A stretch of DNA of 61,893 nucleotides, the filler included, from Dugesia japonica (Eukaryota), in the NCBI GenBank assembly GCA_001938525.1. It is 6 parts of 6 records of this genome, joined end to end, with 100 filler letters (N's around TTAATTAATTAA, not from the genome) between each part and the next. Parts side by side here need not be neighbours in the genome. Positions count along the whole stretch, not along the records: positions 24,980 to 35,469 come from MQRL01494764.1; positions 35,570 to 44,015 come from MQRL01616186.1; 4 more parts are not named here. One strand, given 5' to 3'. Below, one piece after another: positions 25,025 through 38,200 of this stretch; position 1 is the stretch's first letter, and every line of letters starts with the position of its first letter. The notes below the pieces were generated by a model that saw nothing but the letters and a program-made list of their open reading frames with translations, was not told the origin of the DNA and searched no databases. The translations under genes were made by a program, and so were the position numbers.

Positions 25025-25779
25025 TCACATAAAAATAATATTAAATGATTCCATTCAATAAAAATTTAAATTAATATCCTTTGTTTATATCCGGTAAAAT
25101 TAGAAACCGTAAAAACTGCGGAATCAATTATTTCCATAAAACAAATTTTCTCTAAATCTCAGAAAATTTATTATAGTAATATACTGAAAAAAAATTTCTC
25201 GCATTTCATTTTCTTTTCAACGATTACTTTTGGTTTACTTTTTCTCTATTAAAAATTTAAAATCGAATTTAATAATATTTTAAACAAATAAAACATGAAT
25301 GTAATTAATCGAATTTTCATTTACTTCTTGTCAAAACATATCGTTTAATTGAATTAAATTTTTTTACAATTGTTATTTGTTTATTTATTATCAGTATAAT
25401 TAATTATTATTTTGCAGTATTTATTTATTTTTTCTAAATTATTAAATAAGTGTTTCTATGATTTATTAAATTTCTAGTTTAAGTAAAAAGAGTTTATATA
25501 AGTTTATTTCTTTATTAGGTAAATAGTAACTATTCTGAAATCTGAAAGTCAAAAAAGTGTAGGTCAAGGTCAAATAAATTCTTTAAAAATTATATAATGT
25601 TTTTACTTTCAATAACAACAATTTTGGTATCATTAGATGCGCAATATAGTGTAATTAAATCTTCAATCAGACTGGTGAAAAGTTATAAAAAATTTAAAAT
25701 GCGTATACAAGGCACCATTTTTGAATATCTCATTTTGAAACTTAAACGATTAAATAGAGAATAAAAATTTGTTTTTTGA

Positions 25780-27230
25780 AATTTCTTTCATGAAAATAAA
25801 CATAAAACGTAAATCATGTGAAACGTGTGTGCAATGCCAATCGATTCATGAAATGCAAAAAAACAGAAAATCAAAGCAACAATGATAAACAAGATTTCAG
25901 ACGATATAGATACAAACGTAATGAAAGAAAGAAACTTGGGAAATGAACATTTAAAGAAATGAATTTTAGAAGCACAGATGATTTCAAAATTTCAGGAGAT
26001 ACACAGATTGTTGTGCGATGTGAATGTGGAAAAATGGCACATACAGAAATACTTGAAAGTTATTTAAATATACTTTTAAAATTATATCACAACTTTCTAT
26101 AAATAAATAAAGTTTATAAGATATTAGAGTGGGTGTATTCAGATTCATACCAGATAATAAAAGAATATTGAACAGCGGAAATTGACTCATTGCCATATGG
26201 ATACTCATTGAAGGTCGAAATGGTAATTCCAGTCGAAATACAAAATGAATTAAATTATCTCCAAGTTATCTAAAAAAATCAAAGTTCTCTAGAATCAACG
26301 ATCAAAAAGTTAATTTTAACTCAATATCCAAAGAATAATTACATAATTCACTGGGGGCTGCTAAAAATGTACATAAGGGTAGGTTTACAAATAACAAAGG
26401 TACACAAAAGAGTTAAATTCAGTTATGATGCATTCTTTCAAAAGAATTTAGATGTAAATACAGAAATAAGATCAGGATGTCAAATATGGTTGAAGATAAA
26501 ATATTGCAAGTTGTTAAATAATACCCTACATGATAAAACTATAGAGAATATAAAGAAGAGAATAAATCTGCGCTCATGTAATTCAGCTAAAGAATCGATT
26601 GAATGTAAATTAAAAGCTGAATTCGGTAAAACCACAAAACATAACGATGATTTGTTAGCTGTTTTAATGAATAAAAACATTGTTTGAGTCAATTAAACTT
26701 CATTAAATAGACTGTACTGGAACTCTCAAAGTTATGAATATACGAAATAAATTACATTGAGTTCCAAAAGTACAGAAGAAAAGAGAATTGTAAGATAAAT
26801 ATAGTAGCTGGTAATACGGTTAGTTTTTCCTGGATATTAAGAATATAATTTTAGAAAAACTAACCGGATTAATGATGAAGGATCAACTATCAGAGACATC
26901 CAATTATAGCATGAGCAATCTCCTTAACATTAATAAATTAAACTTCGTCATCTGAAAATTCAAGGATTAAAATAAAGAGAAGAAATATCAGAAGTGGATT
27001 TTTTTAGGTCAAAAGTATCAATAAAAGCTAAGAGCATACCATTAAAAACACAGAAATCACACCTTGACCTCCATAATCAGAATGAAATGATTTCTGTAGA
27101 TTAATTTCGAATAACATCGATAAATTACCAACTCTAAAGTATTAAGAGTAAAAATATAGCTCTGTCCAATAAAGATGGTAAGAGAGAGTGTAGATGTTTA
27201 GCATACAGACATTATACATTCGATGTATAA
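25780..27230 (+). pseudogene. Polinton protein-primed DNA polymerase B remnant
   Basis: NNYIIHWGLLKMYIRVGLQITKVH...KLLNNTLHDKTIENIKKRIN (KLxxNSxYGK motif), IVAGNTVSF (DTDS motif), YRHY at the C-terminus; collinear with 52006-53374. Confidence 0.85.
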
Positions 27231-28099
27231 TAATTTTTTCTCATAGATTGATGGATACAATAAAGTAAAATCGAAAGTAAAGTATGAAATTTATTTTGTA
27301 GATAATATTTTAAATATTTTTATTCAGGCTGTTAATTGAAAATATTAACTTTCAAATCAATCGATAAATTAATTAAATTAAAAAAATTTCTTAACTGTCC
27401 TAAATAATCACATATGTATTTAAATTTAATTCAAAATAAATTTATTTACTAAAATTCTATTTTCAAACACCATTTTAAAAAATATTTTCTTTTTACTAAA
27501 TATTATATATTTTCCTTTTAAAAGCGGGTTGTTAAAATATAAAATTGAATCTGAAAAAACTGTTTTATCAGCTTTATAAAATAATTTATGTTGTATAAGA
27601 ATTCTAATACACCATATAAATTATATTTCAATCTTATTTATAAATATAATGGCACTAGAAGAGACTACCTGCCATCTCTGTAGATGAATTTTTGGTACAT
27701 TGAACACTGACGACTGGATTGTTAAAGTAATATTGTTGAACATAATATCATTAGTAAATCAATTATTAATATTTTTATAGTATACAGTAAATTTAAAGAT
27801 AATTGGAAGAGAGTTGTGTTAGATAAAAGAAATTCTTAAAGAACATCTCATAAATAGGTTTTTGCAGGAAAACTATGAAATACAAATTTATATTAAAAGT
27901 TTTTTAACAATAAATATTTTAATAGGATATAACTTACTTAATATTCCTTTAATTATGTTTTTGTTTTCTATAATCTTTTCTAGAATTCGAATGGTTGAGG
28001 TTGGAATTGGGCCAAGTAATGCCATTATGCAAGTATCTAATTCTACTTTAAAATCAGGCTTCGCAATTTTCACTTTATTTTTTAGTATATCAGTAGATA

Positions 28100-28340
28100 G
28101 ATCCTGGCGCATGTAGCCATCCCCCCTCCCCGAGGTAGAAAAATTTTCAAGTTCAAAGTGGCTACATATACTTAATTCTGAATGGTTGACATATTTTTAA
28201 GGTCAAAGTATACTCTGGTTGGTCGAAATTTTCAATATTATCTCAAGGTCAAAGTTACTAGTCTACTTGATTCTTCTATTTTACTTGAGTCTAATTTTTC
28301 AAGGTCGAATAAATGTATGTCAAGGTTATTTCCATGGAAA
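28100..28340. mobile_element. Probable Polinton-type terminal region with repeated (TCA)AGGTCA motifs
   Basis: GC-rich start AGATCCTGGCGCATGTAGCCATCCCCC resembles the reverse complement of ~45795-45820; several AAGGTCA-like repeats. Confidence 0.4.
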
Positions 28341-28679
28341 CTATCATCCGACAGAATTAATATTTAAATTCCCTACAAGGACTTAATTTTAATATTATTT
28401 TTTTGTTTATTTAGTTTATTATAGTTGCTTTCGTGTTGCTTTTTCTTTAAAATAGTGAAATTTTTCTTGTTATAGTTACATTTTTGTTTTAATGTTTATT
28501 TTGTTTTTTTTTGTTTTGTTTTAATAAAAAGTTGATTTTTGTAGGAATTGTAAAATTTGTTTTACTTTTTGGTAATTTTTTATTTCTTAAAATTTTTTTT
28601 TAATATTTTTTTCTTTTAAAATTTTTTTTTAATTAAACACACATTTTAATATAACATTTTTTAATATAACATACAAATA

Positions 28680-31600
28680 CTTTGTTATATTTTAATAGGC
28701 TTATAAGTAATTTTTATACAATTTCAGCGACTTCTATGCAATTTTCAAAACTTTCGGTCGACGTCTATGTAATTTATGAAGTATTTCACCGCATTCTATG
28801 TAATTTATTAAAAATTGCAATGATTTCTATGTAATTTTGGAAATATTTTAACGACATCTAATTAATACAGTTGAAATATCTATGTAAGATAACACACGAA
28901 AGACAATTATGAGAAAGATATATTTAAATCACTGACATGTTCTTTATTACACATTTAAAAATTCAATCAATGTGTCTTCATCAGTCATTTCTTCACCAAT
29001 CATATCCTTATTTGTATTTGTGTCAGACATTACTTTATCAAAATTATCATCATTTGGAGGCATATTAATTATTTTTTCATCAATAATGATATAATTTTCA
29101 GGTATATGAGGTATTTCCTAATCAATAATGACATCATTTGCTTGTGCATCAATCATTTTCTCGGTAATAATAACATTATTTGGTTAAGTATCGTTCATCT
29201 CTTCCTTTGATTTTGCATCTATTTCATCTATTTCTACATCATTTTATGGAAAATCATATATTATTAAATAATTATTTAGATTAATATTAGTTATTATTAC
29301 TTTGAACCGATGAAGTTATATGTTCAATTGTTTATAATTTTATACAAATGCATTACTAATCAGTAGTTAAGTTTATATAAGTCCTTTGTTTATCATATAT
29401 TTTCGTTGCTTAACATGTATTTATGATACACACCTGGATTAATATGTATAAAATTTTAATATTCCCCCGGGAACATTCAATATTCTGTGTTTTATACAAC
29501 TCTATAGGGTTTATAGCGTGTATTATACCATTTGGGTTTACTATGTGTATAAAATCCATTGAGTTTTCTATGTATTAGCCTCATTAAGTTTATTAGGTGT
29601 ATAATACCCATTGATTTCATGTGTGTATAAAGTTCATTAGGTTTTATGTATATAAGATAATATTAGAAAATTTGTATATTTAATTGACTTTATTTGGGTA
29701 TTTGTATGTATATTATATGACTATATTGAATTCATTGTAAGTGTTATATAAATATATTAAGTTTATTGTATGTATTTATTTGTATGTATTAGTTGTATTC
29801 TGTGTATTTAAAAAAGTTTATTTTTTGTGTGTAGTTTATGACTATATTGAGTTAATTGTATGTATTATATGACTGTAGAGTATATTGTGTGTACTTCAAT
29901 GATTTTAATAGGTTAAATATATGTATTATAACGCATTACTTATGCAATTTATGACATTATTTCGTGTTTTATAAGGTATATTATATGTATTATATGAATA
30001 TATAGAGTATTTTCTGTGTATTATATCACTATATTGGGTTAATTGTGTGTAATATATATCTTTATAGATCTTAATGTGTGTATTATAAGAACCTATTGGG
30101 TTTATTGTATGAATCTAGTGACTATATGGTTTATTGTGTATATAATATCCATTGGTTTACTGTGTATAAAACTCAATAGTTTACTGTGTATGAAGCTCTA
30201 TTAAGTTTTGTGATAGACATACACGTATGTTATGTTTAAAAATATTACCTAGACATCTATACTATGTCTGAGAATATAACATAGACATCTATGTTATGTT
30301 TGAAAATATAATATAGACGTATATGCAATTTATGTAAACTTTCATTGACTTCTATGCAATATTTGTGTTATTTTTCCTGTTTTACATAGGAATTTGTAAT
30401 CGTTTGGTGACATATATGTTAAGTTTGACATTATTACATAGACATCTATGNNNNNNNNNNNNNNNNNNNNNNNNNNNNNNNNNNNNNNNNNNNNNNNNNN
30501 NNNNGACATCTATGCAATTTCAAAATATTTCATCAGCAAGCACATATGAAACCCTACAAAACACAATAATAACATATAAAACCCAATAATTCTAAATAAA
30601 ATCTAGTCAAACATTATAAGACCATATAAAACCTTATAATAACCCTATAGTTACCATATAATTACCATATAAACCTTTCAAAACCCTATAATAATATAAA
30701 TGCCATATAATCATCCCATAAAATACAAAAATTATCTTATCAAACCACATAGAAACCATATTGAAGTTAGTATAATATTTTTCATGTAATTTATGAAGAT
30801 TTGTATGAACTTTGTAAATTTTATTAATAAAATGATATATAAATTGTACAGATTAGATGTATTAATAGGTTTTTGAATGTTCTGAATACATTTAATGTAT
30901 AGATTTCTTTGAATTATTTGCGTTCATGTGATGTAATTATTGAATGTATGCTGTTTGTTGTTTATTTGAGTGTATTGGCTGTATTGAATGATTTTCATAA
31001 CTCTAGTAAGTTTTTCAGGAACATTTAGGGACCTTTAGTAACGTTTTTGAAATAATTACCAGAACTCTAGTAACGTTTTGCAAAAATTACTGGATCTCTG
31101 GTAACCTTTTGAAATATTTTAGAGACATCTAGTAACTTTTTGAAAGAATTAACAGATCTCTGGTAACTTTTTATTGAAATATATGTTATTTTAAAACGAT
31201 TGTTTAATTAGCTCATATAAACGCATATAATTACTCTAAAAAACCTATGATTATCTTATAAAATATATATAATTACTATATTAAACTTTATAAAAAGCAT
31301 ATATTTACTCTATAAAAATCTTAAACAACCTATANAAACCATATAAAAAGCAATGTAATAACAAATAAAACCACATAAATGCCCTATAGAAACCTATAAA
31401 ACCCACCAATCATAAAATATCTCTATTAAAACCCTATAATTACCTTATAAAAACCTATAATAACCATATATTTACCTTATAAAAACTTATAGTGACTCTA
31501 TAACTACCTTAGATAACCATATAATAATCATAAAGAAACATATAAATACCTTATAAAACTCTATTAAATCATTCAAAAACCATATTAAAACATATCAACC

Positions 31601-32130
31601 ATATAAAACTCTATTAAATTCATATAATTACCATTTAATTACCATATCAAACCCTATGATTACCTTGTGAACCCAATAAGACTATATAAAATCCTATTAA
31701 AGTATATAAAAACCCGTATATTTACTTAGTAAACGAACTTTTGTATACTTATATTCCTATTTGCAAACCTATAATGTTTTTGTTAACTTGCTCAAGTATG
31801 ACTCATGCTGTTTGTTCTAGTTGCACTTGTATTGCAATGTCTTTGTTTGACTTGCACTTTGGTTGTACATGTAGTATTCATACCCTTTTTAAACATGTAT
31901 TTGCGTGTATGTGTATTAATTTATTAAGTGATAAAAACTTAATATAAGTTCGATAATATTTAGTAAGACTTTAAAACCCTATAAAACACTCATACCAATA
32001 TATAGAAAAGTTTCATATAAAACCCATATTGATAAAATTTAACCCTATAATAACCATATAAAACTATATAAAAACCATATAATAACCCATTAAAAAACTA
32101 TGCAAAACCAAATCTTATTTCAACACTCAA
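28680..32130. repeat. Strand-asymmetric degenerate short-unit repeat tracts (CATCTATG, AAACCATATAA, CTCTAGTAAC)
   Basis: Blocks of short recurring motifs with alternating strand bias. Confidence 0.55.
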
Positions 32131-34028
32131 TTATGCTTAGTAATCAACCATTTACATCGTATTATGGTATGATCATTGTAAGTANACGAGTTAAATTGCG
32201 GATGAATTTAGTTTATTATTTGTCTACATTGGTATTTTGTACATGTATTGTTCATTACGCATCATTATTGTTTTGTTAAAAATGATTTTTTACTAAAATA
32301 AATGCAGTTAATTTATATTAAAATTACCACAACGCAACATATTTTAAAATACTGCAACGTAATATATTTTAAGAATGCTTGTCTAAATTTTCTCTCTCCA
32401 TTATATAAATATAAATCTAAATAAATTTGTCATTTTTGTAATAATTATATATGTTGGGTTTTTAGGATTTCGGATCTGGTTCAATATCTGCACTCTTCCT
32501 ATCCAATTATTTCCACAACTAACTAAATCCGATAAATTTCGTCTAGGGGCATACCTAAAAACCACAAGCATTTAGTCACCTCTGTGACATGCCCCTCTTT
32601 CCGCGGGTTCAGCGCGACTTTGTGGTATCGCGTCTTACGTTTCTTTCCCAGGAATCACAATTACCAACACACTCATTTACTCTTTACTCATTAGATTGAT
32701 CATATCGTTTTCCAATATTTCTTTACACTATACTCGGATTTCACCATCAATTTTAAATATTAACATACACAATGGCGAATGATAAAATTCGAACTCCTTG
32801 ATGAATTAAAATAAATACTTTTATCCAGTAAATAATAAATAATCTGACACTTATTTAATTTTATCAGAAATGTTCAAATCATTTAAACTGATCTTTGACC
32901 ATTTCCCTGTAATATCTGGACATCATTTCTGAAATAATTTACTTGTAATCACTAGATTTCATATTTTTCGGATTTCATAACTTTCCTTGTTCGCAGATAT
33001 GATAACTCTGTAAACTCCCGAACAAACGAAATAAAATTAAAATAAAACGCAACTGATTTAACTCTGCCTCTGCAGCTTATCGTGACGTACATATCACACT
33101 TTCATCGATTTGTTATAACTCAAAAAAATAAAAAAAATTCAACAGTCAATTTTTAATACGTTTAACAATTTTTATTGGACATTACATCTGAAGCCGTGCC
33201 AGCACCGCTCAGGCCCAGCAAGCTTCGCATTATTTCACCCTCTTCTTGGTCGGCTTGCGAATGCAGCTCGCCTTCTTCAAACCCGTTCCCCCTAGGACCC
33301 ATCTCCGCTGATTGAACGGCCCCGGTAGCAGCGGTCGAGTCGGTCTCCTCGAGGACCGTCATCAGTCGATCTCGCTGCCTCACGAGTTATGATTTTCACA
33401 AATCGATTAATAAAAATGATTTCTCGATCCTGAGCATAGTACGATCATCACTAAAAGCTCCTTGAAATAAACGAAAACGACATTCGGACAAGTTTCGCAG
33501 GGGTTTTAGTTAATGTCGATAGCTCCAAAATCATCAACAGTAAAATAATAATAAATAAATATAAAAATAAAAAAATTTACTATTTACTCGTTATATGTCG
33601 TCCTCGGGATTATATCTGTGAACTGAATATTAAAATGCTGCTTGAATAAAATTTTGAAATAATTCGCATAAAATTTACAATAAAAATTCTGACCGTTTTC
33701 TTCGTGTCTCTATGTTTTATTTCGTTCTCGAATCTGAAGATTGCTCACCCAATCGCCTATCCTTATTTCGCAATCTCGACATCCTATTGGCTATTGCTTC
33801 CTGCTTCTCGTAAATATTTTGTTGGTCCTCTGTCGTCGTGCGGATTTTTCTATCCGACTGATGATTGAGAACGAATTAGGAAAACCAAATTCGTGTCGTC
33901 AGGAGAATGTCCTTGCCTCACTGTCTGATTTTCCAACTGAATCATCGCTTGGAAAAACCAGAAATAAACGTGACTCGAAATAAATTTTTCTATATTATTA
34001 AACGCTAATTAGCGTTATTTATAATAAC

Positions 34029-34168
34029 GAAATTGGGTCGTAGAGGCCCTTTTAATATTTTATTATAGTATTTTATATTATTTTTATTATTTGGCTCATT
34101 ATTTCCTGTTGATACATCAAAACTTCGTTATTGTTACCCACAATTTGGGGTCCTCTACGCCCAATTTT
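34029..34168. mobile_element. Small MITE
   Basis: AAATTGGGTCGTAGAGGCCC ... GGGGTCCTCTACGCCCAATTT inverted termini. Confidence 0.6.
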
Positions 34169-34349
34169 CATTTTGCTCATTCCAAAATATAACCGTATAA
34201 TAATAGTAATGATAATTATATAATAATAATAATAATAATAATAATATAACGTAAAATATCTGGTCCAGCAACAATTTACACTTAATTTCCTACTTGCTAT
34301 CCTGTAGATCTTATTATTATTTCAAGATTTGTTCTAGCCCAACATGTAT

Positions 34350-34530
34350 AATAAAATTATTAAAGAAACAGCTCTTGCCATGCTTAAAAATGGTTAAACG
34401 TTTGTCGAAATTTTAAATCGCATGAAAATATCAGTTTCAACTTTATTCAAGTAGAAAAATGGAGATCAACTATCAAATAAAAGAAAAACTTCTGAACAGT
34501 CAACACTTCAGAGAAAATTAAGAAAGATGA
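34350..34530 (+). pseudogene. Possible Tc1/IS630-like transposase HTH remnant
   Basis: IKETALAMLKNG*TFVEILNRMKISVSTLFK*K has an HTH-like pattern; no catalytic domain seen. Confidence 0.3.
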
Positions 34531-36008
34531 TGAAACCCAAAATGAAAACTGAAATGAATAAAAGTATTCCTGTTAGAGTTCCAAAAGAAGAAAGACAATT
34601 TCATGTCTTCATTGACGATTATCCTTTTGTATTTGAGTATGACAAATCTTATTGTCATCAAATGATGAAAGGGAATCAATCCAAAACCATGCATGGTATT
34701 ATCCCTAGCTAGAAACATTTAATATTGATATTTTGGTCCTTTATATTCAACCATAAAGGAATGATTTTATGTTAATTTCAGATATAATAATTTGAATTTT
34801 CGTTTAATAAATGTTAATTTCAAATTTCGTTTTTGTAATATAATTGTTTATATGATTTTATATATGGTTTTGATAAGCAATCTAGATATTGTATTATGAA
34901 TTTTATGGAAGTTTATATGATTTTATTAGGTTTTTTTACAGTACATATTGAATAATTTAGATATTTTGATAGAAATATCTCAAATATAAATATATAATTT
35001 TGGAACACAATAAATCGGTCAACACCAAAAACAAGAAAATATATTTCAGTGTACACGCTTATTATTCTGAATTGATAATATTGACATCTATTATTTATAC
35101 TATCAAATATTTGCCGTCAAGATCTATCACGTATGTTATGACAGATCATCCCATCCAATATTGTTAAATATTAATTTCAATCATATATTCAATTGTTCGA
35201 AATCTAATTTTCGATTTAAGTTGCAAAATGATCACGAGTTTATAAATTAAATAATTTTAAATGATTATAAATCATTAATTTTAAAAATTATTATCAATTC
35301 AATTCAAAATTTCAATTTAATCAATCAAAGTCGATAACAATATTTTTATGTTAAAATATAGTTGATTGCTTTTAATGCAAATGATATTTTTATTATAATA
35401 ATTGATAGTAGAAATAGTTGAATTACTAACATTGAGTTTATCTATAAACATATTAAATTGAAAAGATAANNNNNNNNNNNNNNNNNNNNNNNNNNNNNNN
35501 NNNNNNNNNNNNNTTAATTAATTAANNNNNNNNNNNNNNNNNNNNNNNNNNNNNNNNNNNNNNNNNNNNTTAACCAAGTTTTCAAGTCCCGAGAAAATAT
35601 TTGACTAAATTCACCTGAACCAACCAAAAATTGACCAAATCGTTCACAAAATGAACCAAATTAACAAACCCGAGAAAATATTCAACCAAATAATCGAATA
35701 AATTACCCAAACTGTCCATTATCGAGGAAAAATTCGACCAATTCTTTCAAAAATTACCCAAACAATGCAATATCGAAGAAATATTGGACAAATTTTATCT
35801 GAATCACCCAAAAATTGACCTCATCAAGAAACCTTTCAACCAATTTGATCTAAACCAATCAAAAATCGACCTTATTCTTCCTCACCAAGGAAATTATCTA
35901 CCAAATTCCCCTGAATCATCTAAAAATCGATCTTATTCGACCTTACTGAGGAAATTTTGGACAAAAACCACCTAAACACAATAAAAAATTGACCTCACCG
36001 AATAAATT

Positions 36009-36355
36009 CCCAACTAAAAGGCCTGAAAAATATTGCTGCTAAAAAAGCCTAAAAAGTTTTCCCAACTAAATACACAGGGAAAAAGTAACACCACATAACC
36101 GCTTAAAAAGCCTAAAAAATTTCCCAACTAAATACACAGGGAAAAAGTAACACCCCATTACCGCTTAAAAAGCCTAAAAAAATTTCCCAACTAAATACAC
36201 AGGGAAAATGTAAAACCAAATTAAGTACTTTTACAAAATGATTTTATTTTTAAATTCCAAACTAAATACATTAGGATTAAATTTCATTACGTTACGTCAC
36301 GGCGATGGGGACTACTGAATGTGTGCGTGGTGCGGACTGCTACTATCTATCTACT
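36009..36355 (-). repeat. ~62-bp tandem repeat (about 3 copies) leading to a Polinton-like terminus
   Basis: Unit CCCAACTAAATACACAGGGAAAAAGTAACACC...CCGCTTAAAAAGCCTAAAAA; the end reads AGTAGATAGATAGTAGCAGTCCGCAC on the minus strand. Confidence 0.7.
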
Positions 36356-37029
36356 TTTGGCAATTTTTAAATAGATCAATAATGATCAGCGTAAGTTTTT
36401 CCACCTAATAGAATGATTGATGATCAAATTTGAGAATAAAATTGTTTTTCTTGCTAGACAAAATTCTGTGGTCATTCCCAGTCGATTAATGTAAAAATCT
36501 CGATAAAAAATTTTCAAAATTTAGTTGATCATTCAGATTCTTTGAAAACTTTTAACTATTTAAACAAAATCGGCTTTTGCCTGAATTTCCGTAAAACATT
36601 TTGACAAAATCACTCAAAATTCGTCCATTGTGAGCAAATTTCTTACCAAAATCGACCAAAACAGATCATACCGAGTAAATTTATGACTAAAATAAACTTT
36701 TGTGATCAAAGGTTTGATCTAAGTATACCACTTGGGACAAAGTTTTAACCAAATTCGACCACACCGAGCACATTTCTTACTGAAATAACCAAAATTTGAC
36801 CAATCCGAGAAAAGACTTGACTAAATTCGATCAAAGTTAACCAAATGCGTATAGCTCGAGTAAACATTTGACCAAATTCGACCAAAATGCGATTAGTTCG
36901 ATCAAATTTTTGACCGAATTTACCAAAATCAACCTTTCCAATGAAATAATTTGACCAATTACAAAAAAATTGTATGAAAAAATCATCATATTTTTTTAAA
37001 AAAATCATCGCAGTTACATGATTAATTAC

Positions 37030-37212
37030 CACTTTACAAAAATATTTTCCACAACTAAAAACATGAAAAAATCATCAGTTGCATAATATTACTTAATATG
37101 ATGTCATAAAAAATTCCCAACTAAAAATACATGTATTAAGTAAATCCTCTTACGTAACAAGCGAAGGGGGTTTCGCGTGTTAAAAGTGCGCCACTATCTA
37201 CCTACCAGTACT
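37030..37212 (-). mobile_element. Polinton-like terminal segment
   Basis: Shares CCCAACTAAA..AATACAT..TTACGT with ~36.2 kb; the end reads AGTACTGGTAGGTAGATAGTGGCGCAC on the minus strand. Confidence 0.5.
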
Positions 37213-37510
37213 AGCTGAATTATTCCATTTAAGCACCACAGAAAATCATTTGGTCAGTCCCGTTTTGTAGAACAAATTGTGTACTTCCTAAACTCTCCAA
37301 TTTTTATCAAAATTGACTCCCGAGTCATTCTGAAGTACTTATTTTTTAAATTTGTAATTAATACTGGTGACAATTTCTTCGAGTCTAGGTATATTTTCTA
37401 TTATACCAGTGACTCTCATTGTATCATAGCCAGTCAAAGAAATTTAAATTGATAAAAAACCTCGACAGTCTATAGTTGTACTGGAATATTCTCTCATGTA
37501 CACTGAATTC

Positions 37511-38200
37511 AGTAGTGGGTTAATGGCGCACTGTGCTCTTATCTCCGTGATAGAATATTTTTGTGTGTGATTACGTAATCGGGGGAATAATACTGCTATT
37601 TGATTGGTCGAAATGATGTGTGTGTTTATTACGCTATTTTTACGCCACGGTAACGTAACGATTGTGCAATCATTATGTTATAGTTATTGGTGAACTTTTA
37701 TAAATTTTTGGTTAAATGAGGTAGAATTAATTTTTTTTGTTTAAATAAATTGAATTGTTTTATTTTGTTTGAAATAAGTGCAATTATGTATTTTTAAAAT
37801 TAAGTGAAATTAATTATTGGTTGTTTAATTTAAGGAAAATTAACGATTTTTTTGTATTAATTTTGATTTGTATTAATTTTAAGCCGATAAATTTTGAACC
37901 ATATTAATTATAAGTTGCTAAACTTTGATTCATATTAATTTCAAGCTGTTAAATTTTGATTCGTATTAAATTTTAAGCTGTCAAATTTTGATTTGTATTA
38001 ATTTTAAGCCGATAAATTTTGAATCGTATTAATTATAAGTTGCTAAACTTTGATTCATATTAATTTCAAACTGTGAAATTTTGATTCATATTAATTTCAA
38101 ACTGATAAATTTTAATTTGTATTAATTTTAAACTTTTTAATTTGGATTCTTAAGCTGATAAAATTTGATTCTAATTAAATTTTTACTGATAAATTCTTAG
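37511..38200 (+). mobile_element. Polinton-like terminus followed by a ~28-bp tandem minisatellite (37850-38170)
   Basis: Starts AGTAGTGGGTTAATGGCGCAC; unit TTTGATTCATATTAATTTCAAGCTGATAAA repeated roughly ten times. Confidence 0.6.

Noticed and set aside
36009-36215. CRISPR-like array (also 37850-38170)
   Set aside because: No unique spacers, no cas genes, eukaryotic context; plain tandem repeats.
35570-37030. ORFs 35784-35975 and 36745-37032
   Set aside because: Derived from degenerate GACCAAA-type repeats; no coding signature.
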